A stretch of 30,913 nt of DNA from Chitinophagales bacterium. Lineage in GTDB: Bacteria > Bacteroidota > Bacteroidia > Chitinophagales > UBA2359. The translations under genes were made by a program, and so were the position numbers. Shown here piece by piece: positions 9,196-21,100 of this stretch; positions within the stretch are counted from its first letter, which is position 1, and every line of letters begins with the position of its first letter. Below the pieces are notes generated by a model. That model was not told where the DNA came from and did not search any database. It saw only the letters and a list, made by a program, of their open reading frames with translations. The stretch spans positions 2,789 to 33,701 of the forward strand of contig JBMYXW010000001.1 in assembly GCA_049608825.1 (NCBI GenBank), read 5' to 3'.

Positions 9196-12100
9196 ATGAA
9201 CAAAACCACTACTCTGTATTTGTACTTACTACTGTTGTTGTTGTCCTTCAACGTTAATTTTGCTTCAGCATTTGTTTCTCCTCTGATGTCTGATAATTCT
9301 CTTAACAGTAGAGAGTTTGTTATGTCTCCTATTCCTTCAAGCCCACCTCCTCAAATCCAAATAAATTCGTGGGCTGCCAATCATACGGTTCTCAAATCGT
9401 GGCAACCGATACCGAAACCCAAAGGTCAATTTTTGATGTTTCCTCCTTCTTGTATTGAAGCGGATTCATTGGAGTTGGTGGCATTTTACAATGCTACTGG
9501 TGGGGATGATTGGACGGATAATTCGGGGTGGTTGGTTGATGATGTGAGCGAATGGTTTGGTGTGACATTGAGTGTGGATGGGTGTGGGGTGGCGGAGTTG
9601 AATATGTTTATTGATATTAATACAGGTAACAATTTAGTGGGAAATATTTATGATTTTAATTTGTCTAATTTAGAGATTTTGAATTTGAAAATAAATCAAT
9701 TAACAGGTGAGATTCCAAATTTTAATTTACCCAGTTTAGAAGTCTTATGGTTAGGCCGTAATACCTTAACAGGCGATATTCCAAATTTTGATTTACCCAA
9801 TTTAAAAGTTTTATCATTAGATTTTAACGCATTAACAGGTGAGATTCCAAATTTTGATCTCCCTAATTTAGAAGCTTTAGCGTTATACGATAATGCATTA
9901 ACAGGTGAGATTCCAAATTTTGATTTACCCAACTTAGAATATTTAGGGTTACAGTATAACCTGTTAACAGGTGAGATTCCAAATTTTGACTTCCCCAATT
10001 TGGAAACTTTATATTCATACGATAATGCATTAACAGGTGAGATTCCAAATTTTAATCTCCCTAATTTAGAACGTTTAGGGCTATCTGATAACGCCTTAAC
10101 AGGTGAGATTCCAAATTTTGATTTACCCAATTTAAATTATTTAGTGTTATCTGATAATGAGTTGACTTTTGCTGGGTTAGTTCCCCATGTTCAAAATTAC
10201 AATACAAATTCTAATTTTACTACATTATTTTATGCTCCTCAAGCTACCATCCCTCTCTTACTGTCTAATAATACCCTCTATGTAGAAGTAGGAGGCAATT
10301 TATCTAACAATCATTATACTTGGTACAAAGACGGAATAGAAATACCGAATATGCCTGTGGATGGAGACAGCAGTTGGGTTGTCACCGAATCAGGAAATTA
10401 CTATGTTGAGGTCACGAATGATAGTATTACGAATCCAAGTATTAGTGTCCAAAACCTTGTTTTGGTGAGCGATGAGTTATTCGTCCAAGTTAACTCTCCA
10501 AATGACAACTGCCTTGATGCTACTTCCTTAGACCCATTAATGGTAGCAGTGTATGGCTCTTACTCCAATGTTGGAGCAACGATTGAAGGCAGTGATTTAC
10601 TTCCCGATTGCTTCAATGACAATACCTTAGACAACACCGTTTGGTTCACCTTCACAGGAGATGGAAATGCCTACAATATTTCCACCACAGATTGTAGTGC
10701 TTCTTCAACTGCCATGAGCAATACCCAAATGGCAATTTTTGAAGGGGGAAACTGTAATAGTTTGAGTGAGGTAGATTGTAGTGAAGATATTGAAGTAGGA
10801 ACTGATTTGTTTTCGGCAATCACCTTGCCTACTACCAATGGCACAGAGTATTATTTGATGGTAGATGGAAATGGAGGCAATAGCGGAGATTTTTGTTTGG
10901 ATGTTTCTTTGGTGGAAACCTGCTCCTCCGATTTAGGCGGCACAATTTGGGTCACCACCACAGACGATAATGGCGACGATGACAACCCAACAGTTGGCTC
11001 CCTCCGAGCCGCCATCAAATGCGCCAATGAAACAGAAGGAGCAAACGATATTCATTTTAACCTCACAGGAACAGCCCCTTTTGTTTTTCAGCCTACGATT
11101 GAATATCCTTCTTTAATAGACAGTAGCACCATTATTGATGCTACAACTCAATCTAATTTTAGTTTAGGAGATGTAGAATTAGATGGGAGCATGTTAGATT
11201 TAGTTAACGGATTGGAAATTTTAGGAAACGATTGTTCCATCTACGGCTTATATATACATAGTTTTCCTAGCTATGGTATTTTTGTTGAGGAGAGCAATAA
11301 TGTACAAATTGGGGGAGATGAAAGTGAACATCATGGAAATGTTATTTCTAATAATGGTACGCAGACTTCTGAATCAAGTTCTTTTGGCGGTGGTTTAAGA
11401 ATTGTTGATTGTGAGAACGTGACTATTTACAACAATAAAATTGGAACGGATGTCAATGGTTTAACGGGATTTGGCAATATATCTTCTGGAATTACAATTA
11501 CAAATGGAAGTAATTTTTTTATTGGTGGCAGCGGTGATAATCAAGGAAATATTATTTCTAATAACTTGAGTTATGGAATTTGGGGGAATTTAAATGACTC
11601 AGATATACAAGGTAATAAAATTGGAACAGATATTAGCGGCACAATAGATTTAGGAAATGGACTTGAAGGTATAAATATTAATGGAGTAAATTTGTCAATA
11701 GGAGGAAGCAATATTAATGAAGGAAACTTAATATCAGGTAATGATCAAGGTGGGATAAGAATAGTAAATTTTTCAGAAAATATTACAATTACAGGAAATC
11801 TAATTGGTGTAAATATAAATGGTGATGAGCCTTTAAATAATGATGGTGCAGGAATACTCATTTTTTGGGGGAACAATATTTTAATAGGAGGTAATACAAA
11901 TTTGGCTTCAAACATATTGAATGATCCTATTTCCTTAGACGGAGGAGATAACATTACGGTTCAAGGAAATAAGATGGGGGTAGATATACAGGGGGAAGCG
12001 TTATTAGGGAACTCTCAGACTCATGGTATAGGTGTATCGCCAGGTGCACAAAACGTATTGATTGGAGGAAATAATTCGAGTCAAGCGAATATTATTGGAG

Positions 12101-15100
12101 GACATACAACGGCAGGTATTATTCTCTTTATAGATGGGACAACAGGAGACTTTCCATCCGATATTGAAATGAAAGGTAATTTTATTGGAACAGACATAAC
12201 CTCTACAATCGATTTAGGTAACAATATAGGAATAAGTGGACATTTACAAAACAACAATAATATTATTGGTGGTCTATTAGAAGGAGAAGGAAACACGATT
12301 GCATTTAATAATACAGCTATTAGATTTTATGAAAACGGAACGGGAATTGAGATGCGTCAAAACAATATCTTTTGCAATAATAAGACTTATGATTTTTCTG
12401 AGTTGATTGATGTATCAAATATTCCCAACCCTCCAATCATTGTAGAAGCAACTACTACAACACTAACAGGCACAGCCGAAGTAGGAGCAACTATTGAAAT
12501 ATTTGTCCAAGATCATACACTTTGTTCTGGAAATACAACTTGTCAAGGAAATTATTTGGCAACAGTTATGGTAGATGCCTCAACAGGTGAATGGTCTTAT
12601 GAAGGAGCATTTACAATTGGAGATATTATTACTACAACAGCAACAAATTCAAGTAATAACACTTCCGAATTTTCTGCTTGCTCACAAATCTGCCCAAAAA
12701 TCAATCCTGTTATCGCAGGAGAAACTTTTTTTTGCGAAGGTGAAACGATTACTTTGACTGCCAATGATTTCAGTGATTTTACAGCCAAATACATTTGGTC
12801 AACAGGTGAAACCGAACAGGGAATTTCAATCAATACAGGAGGAACTTACACTGTCACAGTTACAGACGGAGGTATTTGTTCGGGAACAGCAAGCATTGAA
12901 GTGATTCAAAACTCCAATCCTTTTGCAGAGATTTTGGCTGGAGATGAGGTTTTTTGTAGTGGTACAGGATTGGATATTTTTGTACAGATTCCTAGCAATT
13001 CTACAAGTGTTTGGTCAAATGGAGATGAAGCCCAGATAACAACCATCGAATTAGGCGGAATTTACACCGTCACGGTTACCAACGAAAACAATTGCAGCAC
13101 AACGAGTTCGGTTTTCATTGAAGAATTGCCCCAACCCAATCCCGAAATTGTAGGAGACTTCAATTTTTGTGAAGGGAAAAACACTATTTTGAGTTTGACC
13201 GAAGTATATGTAGATTATTTATGGTCGAATGGTTCAATAGACTCAAATATTGAAGTGAGTGAAAATGGAGTTTATACTGTGAGTGTTTCGGATGGAAATA
13301 TTTGTGTGGGAATAGCAAGTGTAGAAGTAGTCGCAAACGAGATTCCAACTCTTATCATTTCTTCCTCCAATGGAACGCTGCTTTGTACAGGAGACACACT
13401 TTCTTTGACTGCTAATAGCAATGCGACAGATGTAGAATATATTTGGTCAAATGGAACAAGTGGACAGGAAATTGAAATCACAGAAGGAGGTGATTATACT
13501 GTTACTGTAAAAGACTCCAATGGTTGCAGCAATATAGCAAGTATCACCATTGACACCTCTCCTTCGCCCTCTCCTTCAATTGATGGAGAATTGGGTTTTT
13601 GTGAAGGAGGAAACACCGTTTTGTCCACTGGCAATGCCTATTCTTCTTATTTGTGGTCGACGGGCGAACAAGGTTTTTCCATTGAAGTGACGGAAGCAGG
13701 TGATTATGGTTTGACCGTAACCAACGCCAATGGATGTAGTGGGCAAAAAGAGGTTTCTGTAATAGAAAATGAATTACCTGTTGTATTTATTGAAGGAGAA
13801 AGTACGCTATGCGACCCTAGTATTTTGTTGAATGTTGAACCAAGTAATGAGGATTTTACTTACCAATGGTCAACGGATGTAGGTGCAACATCACAAGAAA
13901 TAATCGTGAATACAATAGGCACTTATACGGTAACTGTTACTGATTTCAATGGTTGTTCGGCAACAGATGAGCATCAAGTGGATGTTTGTATAGAGGGCTG
14001 TGATGTTGTAGCAGATTTCATTCTTCAAGATACGATTTGTACTTCTGTTGCACTTACAATTGAGGAACTACTAACCGAAAGTACTACGACAGGAGGAGAA
14101 TGGCAGCAGACCTACCTAGATGGAACACCTGTTGTTGTCACAGACGATTTTTTGATATTTCCTGAGGTGGGTACTTATACCATTACTTATTTTGTCGAAT
14201 CACCATCAGATCCCAATTGTAATGATACAGATACCAAGATTATTTATGCTGGGGAACCTGATTTTCCCTCTTGGTCTACAGAAGGAGATAATTATGAAAT
14301 TTGTGAAACCAACCTTCCTATAGCTGTTTTTCCTGATAATGAAGGTGGTTATTGGTGTTGTGGGGATTTCGGGAATTGCAAAGCCACTGATGAAAGTTGT
14401 TTTACAATCATTGACGGTCAAATGTATTTTGACCCAATTGGAAATTCCAGTGCGGTCGAATCTTATGACTTGTATCACATTACTACTTTTGAGAAATGCA
14501 GTAGTACAATCAAAAAAGAATTGAGTATTTATGCACAACCTGCCCCACCGGAAGTAAACCCTTCTACTATTACGCTTTGCGAAAATGAAATACTGGATGT
14601 CTTCATATTTATGACAGCTCCTTTTCAATATTCCGACCAACTTTTTACCTTCAATGTCTATAACGAAAATGACGAATTACTAATTGAGGGAATCTCTCCG
14701 AATGATGATATGGTGGATTTGTCGAATTTGCTGACTTCAATTGGCACATACACTTTTTTGGTTAGAAGCGTAAATGGAACTTGTGAAAGTGAAGCCGTGG
14801 AGGTGAGCATTTTTGTTGAAGGTTGTCAAGATTGCCCCGATGAATTATTTATCTTTTCTGCAACCTGTCTGGATGAATTTGGTCAATCTACAATTACTAT
14901 TTTCCCAATTGATACAGATGATAACTATACTGTAACTGCGGGGGGGATTGAGTTGGGCGAAAACGTGTTTGAATTTCAATCTGGAAGTGATGTGACCGTT
15001 ATGCTTACTTCTATAACTACAGATTGTTCTTCTTCTGCTCTCATCGAAATACCCACTGATGTTCCTGTATTGCAGTTGAACAATGAAGCTTCTCAGGTTA

Positions 15101-18100
15101 CAATTTGTGGTGCAGGTGACATCATCTTAGCACCAATGGGAGCAGGCGAAGGAGCTACTTATAACTACTATTTAGACCCTAATGCGATTATTCCAGCCAC
15201 TCCTGCAAGTGGAAGTGTATGGGTAAACAGCGAAATAGTTGGGCAAAGAATTATCTATATTATTGCTACAACTGCAGAGGGCTGCGAATCAGCACCTTTG
15301 GCAGTCAGTACCTATTCTTACGAAAATATTGCAGTAAGTAACATAACAACTCTCTGCAATGAATCAGATAATTCCTATACCGTATTTTTCACTATTTCTG
15401 GTGGTAATGGTGTTTACACTGTGGATGGTGCTTCTGCTCCTGATAATTTCACAAGTGCACCAATCGCTCAGGGTACAGGGTACTCATTCGTAATTGATGA
15501 CGATTCATCACTTCCTTCTTGCGAACCTTTGACACTTTCGGGATTATCGCCAGATTGTACAGATGGTATATCGGCAGTAGATGATTTTGCTTCTACCGAA
15601 ACAGGAGAATCTGTTATTATTGATATTTTGGAAAATGATAGTGGATGTAATTTGAGTATTGGAGGAATAGTAGTGGCTCCTTCTTGTGGCGAGATTACAA
15701 CTATTAATCCTGAGACAGGGGAGGTAACATACTTAGCAGATACCGATACACAATGTACCGAAGATACTTTTGTGTATGAAGTTATTGACTGTAATGGAGC
15801 TACAGATGAAGCTACGGTTACGATTTTTATTTCCCAAGAAACCGCCTTAGCGGTAGAAGTAATTAGAAACTGTGAGGGAGCAGAAGAAACGGGAACTTAC
15901 GAATTGGAGGTTATCATCACTGGTGGAGCTCCACCCTTTACTATTTCGGGAAGTATTAATGAGGTATTACCTAATTATGGAAATACATTTGCAATTATAT
16001 CAGATACAGAATCATATACAATAAACGTAGTTGATGCAAATGGAGATGAGTTTTACAGAGAAGGTGGGAAAATTCCTTGTGTCAAATTTGCTCCTTGTCT
16101 AGATTCAATAGCCATAAATGGTAACTTTTGTCCCACAGAAAACCCTACTGTTACTCTAATTGCTGTAACTATACCTTCAAGTTTCGACTTTTCTTATGAA
16201 TGGTCAACAGGCGAAAATACTCAAACGATTGAAGTAAGTGAAGTTGGCTTTTATTCAGTTACAGTATTAAATACCGATGGTTGTGGTGGAATGGATTCTG
16301 TAGAAATTATTGAAGATTGCCCACAAGACTGCGAACCACTTATTTTCACAGACTCCAATACCCAACTAAACGGCAATGCACAAGCCAACACTGAAAATGC
16401 AAACTGTTGGACTTTAACCGATGAAAGTACATCTGGGCAGGCAGGGTCAATATGGTCACAGCAAAAAGTTTTGTTGAATGAACCGTTTGTTCTCACAGCT
16501 TTTTTGAGTACAAATTTAGATGGTTCGGATGGTTTCACTTTTACCCTTCACAACGATGATTCTGCATTGACAGCATTGGGTTCAAATGGTGAGGGTTTGG
16601 GTTATGGACCGAATTTAACGGATGCAGTAACAGCTACCATTCAACCTTCTATTGCAGTAGAATTAGATACCCACGAAAATCCGACATTAGATAGTGAGCC
16701 AACTTTCAACCACATTGCTGTAAACGAAAATGGCAATATGGAATCAGTGACAACTCCTATTGAAATTTCCAGCTTTGAAAATGGACAAAGCCATGAACTC
16801 AAAGTAGTGTGGAATCCCACGACTTTTGAATTGATATATTACTTCGATGGAGAGATAAAAGGCATTTATGAAAAAGATATTGTTACCGAAATTTTTGGAA
16901 GTGAAAACAGTATCTATTGGGGCTTTACAGCAGCAACGGGTAACAGTGTGAACACACACCAAATTTGTGATGTTCAAATGACCAATTGTGCAACAGAACT
17001 CACTGCAATAGACGACACCTACACCACCTGCTCCAATACTTCCTTCACTTTCAATCCAGTAGAAAACGACTTAGGGGATTGCATTGAGATAACAGGACTT
17101 ATTGTAAGCGGCAATGACATCACATTGGAGCAAATCGACAACGACATCACTTATACACCCACAACTGATTTTGCAGGAACAATCGACTTTGAGTACATCA
17201 TTACGGATTGTTTTGGACAAATGGACACGGCTTTGGTGACGATTGTAGTACTTGACACCACTCCAATTGAAGCAGTGAATGACACAGTTTATATTTTCAA
17301 TACACAAGATTCACCTTCTTTTACTTTTAATATATTGGAAAACGACATTGGAGAGAACATCATTTTGATTGCAGATAGCTTCAATCCACCAACATCTATT
17401 GGTGATTTTCCAGAGGTGTCAGAGTTTGGAGAAATCAACTTTATTCCTGCTCCAAGCATTGAAGGCACTTTTACAATAGAATACGAAATTCAAGGTCAAT
17501 GCGACCAAATAGACATCGCAACTGTTACGCTGATTATTACAGAAGAAAGCATTCCAAATAGTAATGCGGACGAACTCGTTGATATTATTTTAGACGATTG
17601 TATTTCTTTTCAAAATGCAGTCATTAATTGTGCCGATGTTGCCATAGCACAATTTGATACAACCATCACCGAGGGCATTTACAACAATCCATTTACAAAA
17701 GGAATTGCCCTGACAACAGGTAGTGTAGAATTGGGTTTATATTCACCTAATACAAGTGGAAGTGCAGGACTCAGCAATGGTGCTTCTGGTGATGCCGATT
17801 TGGAAACAGAACAGTTTCAAACCTTCAATGCTTGTGCTTTGGAATTTGATTTCACAGCCAACACCGAATCTATTAGTTTCCGTTATTGGTTTGGCTCGGA
17901 AGAATATCCAGAATGGGTAAATACTCAATTCTCCGACCGAATGGGGATATTTATCAATGGAACGGGTTTTGATTCACTCACCAATATCGCACTTGTACCT
18001 GATACAACTATTCCCGTAGGGGTTGATGGGATTAACCACCTAAATAATACCTCCTATTTTGTTGAAAACGAAGCCAATGCCTTGCCTCAATACGATGGAT

Positions 18101-21100
18101 TTACGATTCCTTTAGAGGCAATCACCAATAACTTAACTATTGGTGAAACCTACCACATCAAAATTGTTATTGCAGATGTGAATGATGCAATTTACGATTC
18201 AGGTTTGTTCATTGAAGCCAACACCGAATCCAATGACTTTGAATTAATCGTATCGGAAGATACCACCATCAATGCAGGGGAAAGCACCCAATTGTCTGCT
18301 GAAGTGTTGAACACCACAGCAGAGGTGACTTACACATGGACTCCAACGGAAACACTGGACAATCCAAATATTGCCAACCCTATTGCAAGTCCTACGGAAA
18401 CGACAACTTATTCAGTGACTGCAACAATAGGTGGTTGCGAAAAAACAAATACGGTTACTGTCACGGTAAATTCTATTCCCTGCGAAGGATTATCAGTAGG
18501 CATACTACCAAGCATAGACCCTTATGTTTGTTTTGGCGAGAATATAGGAGGAACGACTTCCATTATAGCAGAAGGATTTACTTTGAGAGAAGGAGATGTT
18601 TTGGGTTATGTATTGCAGGATGAAAATGGCAATATTTTGGCGTATCGAACAGAAGATGCCAATTTTATTTTTGAAGAAATTGAAGACGGACAGTACAATA
18701 CCGAGTATTTTGTACTCGCAATTGCAGGAACAGACAATGGCAGTGGAGAAGTAGATTTGACAGGTGAATGTGTGGATAAGAGTAATTTATTTCCTGTTGT
18801 GTTTTTGGAAAAAATCAATGTTTCGACTGCAATTGTTTGTGAAAACAACGAGCAATTTATTGAGGTAACCTTAGAAGGAGGATTGCCTGCTTATTCAGAT
18901 TCTGAAACGTATGAATTGATAGGCTATGAAAGCCTTATTGTTGAAGGTGAGACAGTAAGGATTGGACCTTTTGAAGGAATGGAAATATTAGAAGTATTGG
19001 ATGGAAATGGTTGTTCTGTGAGTACAGAAGTAAATCTATATCAATTGACGATTTCTTTGGATAACCTAGAAGGGGAAGATGTGACCAACAATACAATTAT
19101 TTTGGATGTAGGAGATGCTCGACAATTGTGGGGTAATGTGAATAATAGCGAAAACCCAAGCATAAATTATACTTGGTCACCTATTGCTGGTTTTGGACAA
19201 TTATTGAACATCAATGCCACAGAACCTGATACGATTACACACACACTAACCGTAGATATAGACGATTTTTGTTCATTACAAGCAGAGGTAACGGTGATCA
19301 TTTTGCCGACAGCCTATGATTGTTTGGATGCTATTGTTCCTTGCAATAATGAACCCATTGTATATAATAGCAATGGAAAGGGAGAGGAAGAAATTTTGGG
19401 GACAGACAAAGTAGGTTGTTTGGTAGAAGGAGAACATTATTCAACTTGGATTCGATTGCAGATTGACAATACTACTTCCGATGGGGAACACCTTACTTTT
19501 ACGATTACTCCAAATGATGGACAAAGAGACTATGATTTTAACTTATACAAAGCTGATGATTGCAATGATTTGGAAGGAATTACACGCTGCTCTTTTGCCC
19601 CTACTTCAATGGAATCTGCTAGTACAGGGCTAAATGAGGTAGATACAGATGATGAAGACACAGACAATGGTTTCGCTCGTTATGTGGCAGTGACTGGAGG
19701 CGAAATTTATTATTTATTAATAGACAATTTTGGAGGAAATGCTCAAGGATTTACCCTCGAATGGACCAATCCCAATGTGTTTTTTAATTGTGACACAATT
19801 CCCGAATGTTATGCAGATGCAGGAACGGCAAGTAGTCCTAAAGATACGTATTGTTCAACAGAAAGTTATATAATAAGTGTTGAAGGAGAATATGAAGGTG
19901 AAGATTTTAACCAAGCTTATTTTTTCTTAGATGAGGACAGTAATATTGTGTCTCAACCCAATAGTCAGACATCAGGCACATATTATTTTGCTTACCTCAA
20001 CTCTCAAGAGATTATTGACTTTAACGAGTACAATACACTTGCAGATATAGGAACAGCTATTTTGGAAGGTGCTTGTATGGATACAAGTAATATTGCTTCG
20101 TTTGAAATAATAGCCTCTCCTCCAAAACCAACCTTTACTTCAATCTCTTGTGATCAAGAAGCTTTTTATATTGAAGTAGAAGAGTCAGATGCTATTATCA
20201 GATGGTACAGTAACGTAGCTTTGAATGATATGATAGGGGAGGGGAATCCGTTTCCTGTAACCGAAGCAGGTACTTATTACGTCACTCAAACTTTGAATAG
20301 TTGCGAGAGTGAAGCACAGGAGGTAGTAGTGACTGAAGCAGACTTCGTGTGTTTGGGTGAATGTCCTGAGAATTTGGTTCAGAATTTTAGTTTTGAAGAA
20401 AGAGTTGGATGTCCTAGTGTTAGTGGACAAATCGAAAGGTCAGCTTTTTGGAGTTTTGTACCTGGAATTACGAATGCTCCTGATTACTTCAATAATTGTA
20501 ATGCTACTACCAATAATTACGAAACACCTCAAAATATAGTTGGTACTCAAATACCTTTTGAAGGTACAGCTTATGCAGGTTTGATGGCATACAATCAAGC
20601 CAACAACACTTTAATAAATCGAGAATACATCCAAACAGAGTTGACTGCACCTCTCATTGAAGGGCAAAGCTATTGTGTCTCTATGCAGGTTAGCCTTGCA
20701 GAAAACAGTCAATTTGCGATTGACAATTTGGGTTTATATTTTTCGGGAAATCAAATAACAAGTAATAGCATTGAAGGATTCTTAGAACCTCAAATTGTGC
20801 ATCAGGGATTTTTGGAAGATACCGATGAATGGATGGAGGTCAAAGGTACATTTACAGCTACTGCTGGGCTACAATATTTGTCAATTGGCAATTTTGCGCT
20901 CAACAATGGGGTAAAAGAAGTTAATTCCGATGGTAATGGAGAAGCATATTACTACATTGACATGATTGAGATTCGTCCAACCAATGAGATAGGAAGTTTG
21001 TCAGTATTTGATATGGACAACAATCAACTCAATACAGAAAGCAATACGATTGTGATTTGTGAAGGAGAAACTATCTGTTTAGATGCAGAAGTAACAAACA

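Noticed and set aside
9696-10130. 144-aa antisense ORF with a periodic KSKFGISPVNAL repeat
   Set aside because: It is a shadow of the LRR array. The periodicity simply propagates a stop-free antisense frame.
9655-10182. CRISPR-like appearance (constant ~24-42 nt block alternating with variable ~24 nt blocks)
   Set aside because: The period is exactly 66 nt and in frame within a CDS, the units encode LRRs, the constant block is not palindromic, and no cas genes are present.
9655-10182. Diversity-generating retroelement target (several variable codons are NNT)
   Set aside because: There is no reverse transcriptase or template repeat in the window, and synonymous adenines in the framework (TTA, ACA, CCA) are unmutated. 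NNT is compatible with the general AT bias. A trans-acting DGR is not formally excluded.
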